From: Clostridiales bacterium
GTDB taxonomy: Bacteria > Bacillota > Clostridia > Oscillospirales > UBA644
Length of the DNA: 64,000 nucleotides
Assembly: GCA_003343705.1 (NCBI GenBank)
Contig: QAKR01000026.1
Span: forward strand, 27,598-91,597
Direction of reading: 5' to 3'
In this document: in pieces, positions 49,975 through 58,479 of the stretch
Numbering within the stretch: position 1 is the stretch's first letter
How the letters are laid out: the number at the start of each line of letters is the position of its first letter
Made by a program: the position numbers and the translations under genes
The notes under the pieces: model-generated
Databases searched by the model: none
Seen by the model: the letters and a program-made list of their open reading frames with translations, nothing else
Told to the model about the DNA's origin: nothing

Positions 49975-51996
49975 ATGAATTTACATTTTGTATTACAATC
50001 TAACGAAGACGTAAACGAGGTTATATTACCAATTTCAGATATTTGTAAAAAATTTACTCTTTCAGATATTTGTTTTACTGTTGAAAAAACAGAAATATGC
50101 GATGAATATGAGATATCTTTTATACCTGAAAAAGATATAGCTCTTACCGATTTTTATATTCTTTTCAATCTTGAAGACAATGCTTTAGTTCCAGAAAAAA
50201 CTTATTATTATCAGTCTGGAATAAGTACAAACTCTTTCGCAAGAATTATCCGTGCAGATAACAAAGAACCCGGGCTGGGTTCCGGAAGAGATATTTTTAT
50301 GCTTAAAAGTGAAGATTACACTTTTAATACTGCCTTTACTACTTTTAATCGTTTTTATACTTCCTTCATGTTTGAGAACGGGCAAATGAAAGCAAATTGG
50401 TCTCTTGAAGGTAAGAAAGTGAACAAAGGTGAAAAATACGTGCTTGAGAGGATTATTCTTAACGAAGGTAAAGAGGCTCTTGAGTTTTTTGAAGAATATA
50501 CAGATCTTTTACATAACAGACTAAAAATAAATATACAAAAACCTGTTCCATGTGGTTGGTCTTCCTGGTCCTGTTATGCAAACGGTATAAGTGAAGAAAA
50601 AATTCTTGATAATGCTCGCGTAATAGCTGATGAATTTTCAGAACGTGGCGCGAATTTGATTCAAATAGATGATGGTTGGCAAAATTCCACATCTTTTGAT
50701 ATCATTTGGGATTCCCACCCACAAACATTTCCTTCCGGTATGCGTGATTTATGTGAAAAGCTTAAAAAAATGGGTCTTTCGCTAGGGCTTTGGATGAGCG
50801 CGGGCCTTATGAGCGGGAATATAGAAAATTTTAAAAAATATTATGATCATATTAATAAAGCAGATGGTGAACCCAAAACAAGTTTTTCTAATGTTTTCCC
50901 TCTTGATCTTTCAGATGACTTTGTAATTGAAAAAACGAAAGAAGCTTTCATCCGCAGTAAAGAAGAGTATGGGTCTGAATATTTTAAAATCGACTTTTTA
51001 ATAAATACTATATGCCGTATGGGTGATTACGAAAAACCTGTATTTTATAATGGAGATTATAGCGTTGCTGTATATAAAAAGTTTATACAAGCTATCAGGG
51101 ATGCTGTAGGTGAGGATGTATTTTTACTTGCTTGTGGTTCTCCAATCGGGGAAAGTGCAGGGATTTTTGATGCGATACGTGTATCCCCTGATATTGTTTG
51201 GGGTGGAGCCGGTAATCCTGGGCACCCAGGCGGCTGGAATATTCTTAAGCTTGATGCGCAAAACGCAGTTTACAGAAGCCCGTATCATGAAAAGGTGTTT
51301 ATAAACGACCCGGATGCTCTTTTAACCCGTGAATATGGTTGGGGTGATGACGGCTTGCATTTGACAGAAGAAGAAGCTTTAACATGGGCAACCGTAGTAG
51401 CATTTAGTGGCGGGCATATTTTAATTAATGATATTATGTTTAAACTTCCTCAAGAGCGTAAAAATATATTTAAAAATATAATACCCCCTTACGGTAAAGC
51501 TGCTCGCCCTGTAGACTTTTTTGAATATCCATATTCTACGCATTCTATTATCCCCGTTGATAAAAAAAGCACAGATACAATGCTTCACGCTGTTTATAAC
51601 TGGCAAGACGATGTTTCTGTTGATAAAGTTGTATGTTTTGAAGGAAAATCTGTTATAATAGACTGCCACAGCTTGCAAATTATAGGTGGATATGAAAACG
51701 AGTTTGTTTGTCAAAACATAAAGCCGCATAACTGTCGTGCTATTTGTGTTAAGGCTTTAAAAAATCATCCGTTCTTTGTATATTGCGACGAGAATATTTA
51801 TCTTGGGTCAGGTAGTGTAAGTGATAAGTACGAAGAGGGTGTTTTAAATATAACATCAACAGCTTACGATAGTTCTAATATCTATGTATTTATTCCAAAC
51901 GGTGATACAAGTGTAGTTTTCCTTAACGGAAAAAAAGCAAATATAGAAAGAACAAACACAGCTTTATTTAATGGTATAATTTGTAAAATATTTTGA
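49975..51996 (+). CDS. Clan GH-D alpha-galactosidase-like glycoside hydrolase (GH36-like)
   Basis: CGWSSWSCY...IQIDDGWQ, YFKIDFL (KxD nucleophile region) and INDPDAL (acid/base region). No signal peptide. Confidence 0.75.
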   Translation: MNLHFVLQSNEDVNEVILPISDICKKFTLSDICFTVEKTEICDEYEISFIPEKDIALTDFYILFNLEDNALVPEKTYYYQSGISTNSFARIIRADNKEPGLGSGRDIFMLKSEDYTFNTAFTTFNRFYTSFMFENGQMKANWSLEGKKVNKGEKYVLERIILNEGKEALEFFEEYTDLLHNRLKINIQKPVPCGWSSWSCYANGISEEKILDNARVIADEFSERGANLIQIDDGWQNSTSFDIIWDSHPQTFPSGMRDLCEKLKKMGLSLGLWMSAGLMSGNIENFKKYYDHINKADGEPKTSFSNVFPLDLSDDFVIEKTKEAFIRSKEEYGSEYFKIDFLINTICRMGDYEKPVFYNGDYSVAVYKKFIQAIRDAVGEDVFLLACGSPIGESAGIFDAIRVSPDIVWGGAGNPGHPGGWNILKLDAQNAVYRSPYHEKVFINDPDALLTREYGWGDDGLHLTEEEALTWATVVAFSGGHILINDIMFKLPQERKNIFKNIIPPYGKAARPVDFFEYPYSTHSIIPVDKKSTDTMLHAVYNWQDDVSVDKVVCFEGKSVIIDCHSLQIIGGYENEFVCQNIKPHNCRAICVKALKNHPFFVYCDENIYLGSGSVSDKYEEGVLNITSTAYDSSNIYVFIPNGDTSVVFLNGKKANIERTNTALFNGIICKIF

Positions 51997-52016
51997 TAAC
52001 ATTATGTAAAAAAGTA

Positions 52017-52045
52017 TTGACATTTAATTTTATTTATGTTATAAT
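52017..52045 (+). promoter_or_regulatory. Sigma-A promoter (extended -10)
   Basis: TTGACA (52017-52022), 17-nt spacer ending in TGT, TATAAT (52040-52045). Confidence 0.6.
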
Positions 52046-52130
52046 GAACTAAAATATAGAAGCTAAATTAAAAACAATAATTGATCTACATTTATAATAT
52101 GGCAGCATAAAAATAAGAGGGATGACATTT

Positions 52131-52763
52131 ATGTCAACAAATAAATACACAGTTACAATAGGAAGACAATATGGAAGCGGCGGACGCCTTATAGGCAAGG
52201 CTCTTTCACAATCTTTAGGGATAGAATTTTACGACAAGGATCTTATAACTCTTGCCGCAAAAAAGCATGGTATGAATGAAAAAATATTTGAAAGCGTAGA
52301 CGAGCGTCCTACAAACAGTCTTCTGTATTCTCTTGCAATGGGTGCATACGGGATTGACGGAAGCTATTCATACTGGGGCGACGTTTCTATGCCATTAAAT
52401 GATAAGGTTTTTCAAATACAAGCAGATTTAATACTTGAGCTTTCCGAACAACAATCTTGCGTTATTGTCGGGCGCTGCGCTGATTATGTTTTGCGAGATA
52501 GGGATAATGTTATAAACATTTATCTTTATGCAGATTTTGATTACAGAGTAAACCGGGCTATAGCAGAATACAATATTCCTTCTGATAAAGCTGCGGATAT
52601 GGTTAAAAAAACTGATAAAAAGCGTGCAAGTTATTATAACTTTCACACAAATAAATCTTGGGGCGATCTTGATAATTACAGTATTGCTCTTAACACGGGT
52701 CTGTTGGGTGAAGAAAAGGCTGTAAAGATTCTTAAAGAGTATATTGAGATGCGGCTCAAATAA
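52131..52763 (+). CDS. Cytidylate kinase-like family (AAA/P-loop) protein
   Basis: TIGRQYGSGGRLIGKALS P-loop variant typical of the cytidylate_kin2 group. AAGAGGG lies 9 nt before the ATG at 52131. Confidence 0.75.
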   Translation: MSTNKYTVTIGRQYGSGGRLIGKALSQSLGIEFYDKDLITLAAKKHGMNEKIFESVDERPTNSLLYSLAMGAYGIDGSYSYWGDVSMPLNDKVFQIQADLILELSEQQSCVIVGRCADYVLRDRDNVINIYLYADFDYRVNRAIAEYNIPSDKAADMVKKTDKKRASYYNFHTNKSWGDLDNYSIALNTGLLGEEKAVKILKEYIEMRLK

Positions 52764-52797
52764 AAATTAAGTAGTTTTTTCATTTTCTCCTCTTTTT

Positions 52798-52836
52798 AAA
52801 CGGAGATATCTTTCTTAGTTGAAAGGTATCTCTGTT
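52798..52836 (+). terminator. Long hairpin after the cytidylate kinase-like gene (weak U-tract)
   Basis: 16-bp stem (52798-52813 with 52820-52835, two G-U pairs) and 6-nt loop. Only a short TTT follows. Confidence 0.4.
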
Positions 52837-52985
52837 TAGCAATAATGAAATTATTAAACTTGATTAATACTGTTTTGGTTGTAGAAATTAATATGACGAT
52901 ATTATAAAAATAAAAATTTATATAACAATTAATTTTATCGAGCTTTCTCTAAAGCTCTTGATATTAATTTATAAATAGGAGTTTT

Positions 52986-53753
52986 ATGGAGAATATAAGT
53001 AACCTTATTGCAATTGACGCTCATTCACATTTTAATCACGGGGCCCGTCACGACCCTCCTGAAAGCGAAATATATCGTTGCGATTTGGAGTTTTTACGAC
53101 GTGGATATGATGCAGCTAATATAGGGCAAGTCTGTCTTTCAACTTTTGCCAGTGTTATGTCACCTGAAGACACAGCGGAAGAAAATGAATATTTATATGA
53201 TCTTGTACAAAAAACACAGTGGCTATATCAATGGGTTGTAATAGACCCTCGGCAAGAGAAAACATTTGAGCAAGCCAAACAAATGCTTAAAAGTAAAAAA
53301 TGTGTAGGGATTAAGCTTGACGCCCCTTGTCACGGTTATTCAATTGCCGAATATGGTGATAAAATATTTTCATTTGCCTGTGAAAACGGTGCAGTTGTAA
53401 AAATGTGCCCTCAATGTATGGAACTTCTTCCTGATTTTGCAGATAAATACCCTGATCTCAGGCTAATTGTAGCTCATCTTGGGTCGGTGATGCATGTTGA
53501 TATAATTGAAAAAGCCAAATACGGAAATATCTATACAGACACATCCGGTTGTGCAAGCAGCAACAATAATGTTGTTGAATATGCTATAAGTCGTGTCGGA
53601 AGTGATCGGATTTTATTCGGAACAGATACATATGCAGCCGGATTTCAACGTGGCCGTATTGAATATGCTCCTATAAGTTACGAGGATAAGGTTAAGATCC
53701 TTCGTACAAATGTATTGAAACTGATTCCGAAACTGTCAGATAAGAGTTCATAA
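52986..53753 (+). CDS. Amidohydrolase-2 family protein, copy 2 (altered putative metal ligands)
   Basis: Roughly two-thirds identical by eye to copy 1 (40490-41248). AHSHF, AHLG and FGTDT are kept, but GIKLD and KMCPQC replace GIKIH and QMHPDD. Confidence 0.75.
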   Translation: MENISNLIAIDAHSHFNHGARHDPPESEIYRCDLEFLRRGYDAANIGQVCLSTFASVMSPEDTAEENEYLYDLVQKTQWLYQWVVIDPRQEKTFEQAKQMLKSKKCVGIKLDAPCHGYSIAEYGDKIFSFACENGAVVKMCPQCMELLPDFADKYPDLRLIVAHLGSVMHVDIIEKAKYGNIYTDTSGCASSNNNVVEYAISRVGSDRILFGTDTYAAGFQRGRIEYAPISYEDKVKILRTNVLKLIPKLSDKSS

Positions 53754-53773
53754 AAATGTTATATATTTCAGTA

Positions 53774-53802
53774 TTGCAATTTTAACTGATATATGGTATA
53801 AT
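53774..53802 (+). promoter_or_regulatory. Sigma-A promoter for rplS
   Basis: TTGCAA (53774-53779), 17-nt spacer ending in TGG, TATAAT (53797-53802). Confidence 0.6.
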
Positions 53803-53893
53803 CATATGGCTTGATTTTAGGGGCGGTCCTCTGCATTCTCAGCACGAACACCCTTTTTTATCTTGAAATAATATTTCGGGAGGATTTGAGAAA
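53803..53893 (+). promoter_or_regulatory. rplS 5' leader (possible L19 autoregulatory leader)
   Basis: About 90-nt GC-enriched leader between the promoter and rplS. Firmicutes are known to carry an L19 leader motif here, but I could not verify its structure by eye. Confidence 0.3.
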
Positions 53894-54238
53894 ATGCAAC
53901 ATATAATTGCAGATTTCACAAAAGACCAGTTAAAAGCAGAACCTCTTTGCTTCGATATCGGTAGCACTGTTAAGGTTCACGTAAAAATTAAAGAGGGTAC
54001 TCGTGAAAGAATTCAGATTTTTGAAGGTACCGTCATAGCAAAGAAACACGGCGGCGTTTCCGAAACGGTAACGGTAAGACGCGTTTCATACGGCATAGGT
54101 GTTGAAAGAACATTCCCCGTCAACTCTCCTAACATTGAAAAGGTTGAGGTTGTCAGAAAAGGTAAAGTTCGCCGTGCCAAGTTGTATTACCTTCGTAACA
54201 GAGTTGGTAAAGCAGCTAAGGTTAAAGAACTTCTGTAA
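53894..54238 (+). CDS. rplS: 50S ribosomal protein L19
   Basis: 114 aa with [15 protein letters not shown]...[10 protein letters not shown] pattern. Confidence 0.95.
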   Translation: MQHIIADFTKDQLKAEPLCFDIGSTVKVHVKIKEGTRERIQIFEGTVIAKKHGGVSETVTVRRVSYGIGVERTFPVNSPNIEKVEVVRKGKVRRAKLYYLRNRVGKAAKVKELL

Positions 54239-54252
54239 TCAAAAAAGAGAAA

Positions 54253-54291
54253 GGGGGCTGTCGGAGTTTACGACGGTCCCCTGTTTTTTTT
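54253..54291 (+). terminator. Intrinsic terminator after rplS
   Basis: GGGGGCTGTCG / CGACGGTCCCC stem (two G-U pairs), 7-nt loop, then TGTTTTTTTT. Confidence 0.85.
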
Positions 54292-54368
54292 AGGTAGGAC
54301 AAAACGAAATTGTATAAATCGAATAAGTTGTTTATAGCATTCGACTTTTTGAAAGGGAGCTATTTTTT

Positions 54369-54968
54369 ATGCCGAGAGTTCAGGCCGAGAAAAATAAAAA
54401 AATGATTGCCAACGTTTTTGATATTATCGAAGCGATGGTTGTTGCTATTGTTGCATCAATACTTATTTTAACACTGCTTTTTCGCACCGGTTATGTTACT
54501 GGTACATCAATGGTAAGCACAATGCACCCAAATGATCGATATATCGTTTCGGACTTGTTTTACACCCCCAAGCCCGGTGATATTGTAGTTTTTCAGCCGG
54601 ATATGGAAAAAGTTAATAATTCAGCTACAAACGAAAAGCTTTTTGTTAAAAGGGTTATAGCTGTCGGAGGCCAGACAGTTACTATTAAAAATGAGAAAAA
54701 CGAGAATGGTGAAATCATAAAAAGCGAAGTTTATGTAGACGGTATTTTACAAGAAGAGTCATATCTCGATCCGGGCCAAATTACAAAAACAAAATCCAGT
54801 GAGGCTATACGCACAATTGTTGTTCCTGAGGGACAGTTTTTTGCAATGGGTGATAATCGTGTAAACTCTTATGATTGCCGTGATATCGGTTGTCAGGATA
54901 CAAGAAGAATAGTGGGAAAAGTCATTTTTAGATTTTTCCCGTTTAATCAAATGGGAGTAATAAATTAA
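54369..54968 (+). CDS. lepB: Signal peptidase I
   Basis: GTSMVSTM (catalytic Ser), KRVIAVGGQTV (Lys box) and GDNRVNSYDCR motifs. Confidence 0.9.
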   Translation: MPRVQAEKNKKMIANVFDIIEAMVVAIVASILILTLLFRTGYVTGTSMVSTMHPNDRYIVSDLFYTPKPGDIVVFQPDMEKVNNSATNEKLFVKRVIAVGGQTVTIKNEKNENGEIIKSEVYVDGILQEESYLDPGQITKTKSSEAIRTIVVPEGQFFAMGDNRVNSYDCRDIGCQDTRRIVGKVIFRFFPFNQMGVIN

Positions 54969-55834
54969 TGGATATAAATTGGTATCCCGGGCATATGACA
55001 AAAGCTCGGCGTATGATTGAAGCATTGTTGCCGAGTGTAGACTGTGTTGTAGAGCTTGTTGATGCGCGCATTCCTCTTTCATCAAAAAACCCGGATATTG
55101 AAAAAATAACACAAAACAAACCTAAGCTTTTAATACTCAATAAAAGCGATATTGCAGACCCTAAAATGAATAAATGGTGGCAAGCCTATTTTGAAGAAAA
55201 AGGCTACTCCGTTATGCTTTTTGACAGTCGCACTAAAAAGGCAGCATCAACGGCAATGTTTATCGGAAAGATTAAAGATATTTTTGCTGAAAAATTGGAA
55301 CGTCAAAAACAGCGTGGCATTGTTGGTAAATCTGTTAAAATTATGGTTCTTGGTATTCCCAATGTAGGAAAATCTACTTTTATAAATAATATAAGTGGGC
55401 AAAAGGTGGCAAAAGCGGAGGATCGGCCGGGAGTTACTCGCGGAAAACAATGGATTTCTCTTCAAAATGGTATTGATATGCTTGATATGCCCGGGATTTT
55501 GTGGCCAAAGCTTGAAAATAAATATGCCGCACAAAACCTTGCTATTACAGGCGCTATAAAAGACAATGTTCTTGATATTGAAGGCTTAGCTATGGTTCTG
55601 CTCGGTATATTGAAAGTTCATTATAAAAATGAACTTTGCTTACGATATAAGCTTCCCGATGAGTTACCGGAAGATAATTACGAGCTTTTAAAGCTTGTTG
55701 CTAAAAAACGTGGTTTTATGATAAGCGGTGGGCACGTAGATACAGAACGTGCAGCTATTATATTAATTGATGAGTTCAGGGGTTGTAAGATAGGTAAAAT
55801 AACTCTTGATAATTTAGATAAGAATGAATCTTGA
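54968..55834 (+). CDS. rbgA: Ribosome biogenesis GTPase A (YlqF/RbgA, circularly permuted)
   Basis: NKSD (G4) precedes GIPNVGKSTFIN (G1). TAATG overlap with lepB. Confidence 0.92.
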   Translation: MDINWYPGHMTKARRMIEALLPSVDCVVELVDARIPLSSKNPDIEKITQNKPKLLILNKSDIADPKMNKWWQAYFEEKGYSVMLFDSRTKKAASTAMFIGKIKDIFAEKLERQKQRGIVGKSVKIMVLGIPNVGKSTFINNISGQKVAKAEDRPGVTRGKQWISLQNGIDMLDMPGILWPKLENKYAAQNLAITGAIKDNVLDIEGLAMVLLGILKVHYKNELCLRYKLPDELPEDNYELLKLVAKKRGFMISGGHVDTERAAIILIDEFRGCKIGKITLDNLDKNES

Positions 55835-56423
55835 TTTTGAAAAAGAATACCGCTCCGAATACGGCACACTGATTTGCGGAATTGACGAAGCAGGGCGAGG
55901 CCCGCTTTGTGGCCCTGTTTGTGCAGCAGCGGTTATTTTAAAAGAAAACGCTGTTATTGACGGCTTAAATGATTCTAAAAAGCTCTCCGAAAAAAAACGT
56001 GAAGAGCTTTTTGATGTTATTAAAGATAATTCCGTGTCTTACGGAATTGCATTTGCAACCCCTCAGGAAATTGATGAGTTGAATATTCTTAATGCTACAT
56101 TTTTGGCTATGAAAAGAGCTGTTTTAATGTGCAAACCCAGTCCTGTTTTTGCTCTTGTTGATGGGAATAGAATTAAAGGGTTAGATATTCCTGCCGAATG
56201 TGTTGTTAAGGGTGATTCTAAAAGCCCATCTATTGCTGCTGCATCTGTTTTAGCGAAAGTTACAAGAGACAGATATATGTGTGAGCTGGATCAAGATTAC
56301 CCTCAGTATAATCTCAGCTCACATAAAGGGTATCCTACTAAAATGCATTACGAATTAATTAAAAAATACGGAATAAGAGATTTTTACAGAAAATCATTTT
56401 TAAAAAATCTTTCAGAAAAATAA
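55824..56423 (+). CDS. rnhB: Ribonuclease HII
   Basis: ICGIDEAGRGPLCGPV motif, 199 aa. Confidence 0.93.
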   Translation: MNLDFEKEYRSEYGTLICGIDEAGRGPLCGPVCAAAVILKENAVIDGLNDSKKLSEKKREELFDVIKDNSVSYGIAFATPQEIDELNILNATFLAMKRAVLMCKPSPVFALVDGNRIKGLDIPAECVVKGDSKSPSIAAASVLAKVTRDRYMCELDQDYPQYNLSSHKGYPTKMHYELIKKYGIRDFYRKSFLKNLSEK

Positions 56424-56432
56424 AGAAAGTTA

Positions 56433-56882
56433 ATGGGAATAAAGCTTTTAACAAGCTTTGACGTATGGTGTATTATTATGATATCCATCAGTGTAGGAGC
56501 TATATTTGAGCAGTTTGCCGTCCAGCAGCTTAAAAAAGACGGTTATAAAATTCTTGCACGAAACTTTCTGTCTAAATTCGGAGAAATAGATATAATTGCA
56601 CTTAAAGGAAATACTATTTCATTTATAGAAGTAAAGGCACGATATGAAAAATCTGTTTTTTCACCTGAAGAAGCAGTGACAAGAAAAAAAATGGTACATA
56701 TAACAAGAAGCGCAGTTGAATATATAAAAGAACTTAATCGTTCAAATATAGAAACGGATTTATTCACATATTCTTTTGATTTTATAGGTATTTCATATAA
56801 CGAAAAAGTTGTTAAGCAATATACGCATTATAAAGATTTTTGTGTGGTGAATATAGATGATATACGCAGACTTGCATTGTGA
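56433..56882 (+). CDS. yraN: YraN family (UPF0102) endonuclease-like protein
   Basis: GEIDIIA...SFIEVKAR pattern, after rnhB as in many bacteria. The likely start is the internal Met at 56478. Confidence 0.8.
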   Translation: MGIKLLTSFDVWCIIMISISVGAIFEQFAVQQLKKDGYKILARNFLSKFGEIDIIALKGNTISFIEVKARYEKSVFSPEEAVTRKKMVHITRSAVEYIKELNRSNIETDLFTYSFDFIGISYNEKVVKQYTHYKDFCVVNIDDIRRLAL

Positions 56883-57720
56883 TACTGCTACATTAATGTA
56901 TGATAAGCAGTTGAATTTCAACAGTAAGATACATCTTAATCACAAGGCTCTAAAAGCCTATGATATCCTGTATCAGTGTTTTGCAATTTTTTTTAATGAC
57001 ACCGTTAAAAACGGCGGAATGGAATATTTTGAAAAAGTACTTGCTTATTTTTTACCGCTTGTTAAAGAAGAAAAAAACATAGTTCCTTTTATTACGATAG
57101 AAGGTGGAGATGTTTTAGAAGGGCGGCTTGAAAATCTTGATCGGCTAAGGGAAGCCGGAGTTAGAATTTTCGGACTTGTGTGGAATGGTGAAAACGACCT
57201 TGCCGTTGGGGCTCAGACTAATAATGCCGAAGGGTTGCGCCCTTTGGGGATAAAATGTGTACAACGGCTTGAAGAGCTTAATATTTTACCGGATGTTTCA
57301 CATCTTTCAGACAAAGGTTTTTTTGATGTTGTGGAAAATTGTAAAGGTCGATTTGTAGCAACCCATTCAAATTCCCGAAAAATCTATCCGAATCTGCGAA
57401 ATCTAACAGATGAACAGATTGATATCATAATTTCTCGTGACGGGCTTATAGGGCTTAACTTATATCCTCCTTTTGTAGCGGAAAATGCTCATATAAAAGA
57501 CGTATTGAAGCACGTTGATTATTTTCTTCAACGAGGAGCAGAAAACACCCTTTGTTTCGGGTGTGATTTGGATGGGATTGATAAAACTCCCCATGGCTTT
57601 TCCAGTGTTGCAGATGTGAAAAAGATCATAAAGCTAATAAAGAAGCTTTACGGCGAAGAAATTGCAGAAAAAATAACTTATAAAAACGCATTGCGTATTT
57701 TGGGAGGCGAGGTAAAATAG
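56857..57720 (+). CDS. Membrane dipeptidase (peptidase M19) family protein
   Basis: ADLHCD N-terminal metal motif, VATHSNSR, 287 aa. Confidence 0.8.
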   Translation: MIYADLHCDTATLMYDKQLNFNSKIHLNHKALKAYDILYQCFAIFFNDTVKNGGMEYFEKVLAYFLPLVKEEKNIVPFITIEGGDVLEGRLENLDRLREAGVRIFGLVWNGENDLAVGAQTNNAEGLRPLGIKCVQRLEELNILPDVSHLSDKGFFDVVENCKGRFVATHSNSRKIYPNLRNLTDEQIDIIISRDGLIGLNLYPPFVAENAHIKDVLKHVDYFLQRGAENTLCFGCDLDGIDKTPHGFSSVADVKKIIKLIKKLYGEEIAEKITYKNALRILGGEVK

Positions 57721-58412
57721 CACTATATGTAATAGGGGATCTTCACCTTTCATTTTCAACTAATAAACCAATGGATATTTTCGGTTCCCGTTGGGACGAT
57801 CATACTAAAAAAATTAAAGATCGTTGGTGCCTTACTGACAAAGACACTGTTGTTTTGGCGGGAGACACTTCCTGGGCAATAAATTTTAAAGAGCTTGAAG
57901 CAGATTTCGAATTTTTAAAAAGTTTAAAAGGCAGAAAAATTCTGCTTAAAGGAAATCATGATTATTGGTGGAACTCTATTACAAAAATGAATAATTTTGC
58001 AGAGTCTTTCGGGGATATAGAATTTTTAAACAATAACACATTTGAAACAGAAGAGTTTTTTATTTGCGGAACACGTGGTTGGATAATTGAGCCGGGTGAA
58101 GCTCATGACGAAAAAATAACATCTCGTGAAGCCGGGCGGTTACGCTTATCTTTAGAAACATATAAAAAGAGAAAATCCGATAAAGAACCTTTAGTGTTTT
58201 TACACTATCCTCCTGTTTTTTGCGGGGAAGAAAACACTGAAATTATAAATATTATGCATGAATACGGCGTTAATCGTTGTTATTACGGGCATCTTCACGG
58301 CGCGCCTGCTCACGCAGCCGCATTTGAAGGTCTTTATAAAAATATAAATATGAAACTCATATCGGCAGATTTCTTGGATTTTTATCCGCATAAAATTATG
58401 AATATTTTGTAA
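57717..58412 (+). CDS. Metallophosphoesterase (calcineurin-like) with apparent non-canonical ATA start
   Basis: The in-frame translation upstream of the first ATG (57771) reads ALYVIGDLHLSFSTNKP, i.e. the essential D-x-H metal motif. The frame opens at 57684 and has no ATG/GTG/TTG. GGGAGG (57702-57707) lies 9 nt before ATA at 57717. Also has GNHDYWW and GHLH motifs. Confidence 0.7.
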   Translation: MALYVIGDLHLSFSTNKPMDIFGSRWDDHTKKIKDRWCLTDKDTVVLAGDTSWAINFKELEADFEFLKSLKGRKILLKGNHDYWWNSITKMNNFAESFGDIEFLNNNTFETEEFFICGTRGWIIEPGEAHDEKITSREAGRLRLSLETYKKRKSDKEPLVFLHYPPVFCGEENTEIINIMHEYGVNRCYYGHLHGAPAHAAAFEGLYKNINMKLISADFLDFYPHKIMNIL

Positions 58413-58437
58413 ACTCTATTTTTAGGTTACAATTTTG

Positions 58438-58446
58438 TGCTATAAT
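58438..58446 (+). promoter_or_regulatory. Extended -10 promoter element upstream of tig
   Basis: TGCTATAAT, with a poor -35. Confidence 0.4.
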
Positions 58447-58479
58447 GATATGTACATATAATTTTAGGAGTTGTAAAAG

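Noticed and set aside
52672-52782. 36-codon minus-strand ORF (MKKLLNFYLSRI...) preceded by GAGGAG
   Set aside because: It overlaps the 3' end of the cytidylate kinase-like gene in antisense, the SD-to-ATG spacing is only about 3 nt, and it has no promoter. Most likely chance.
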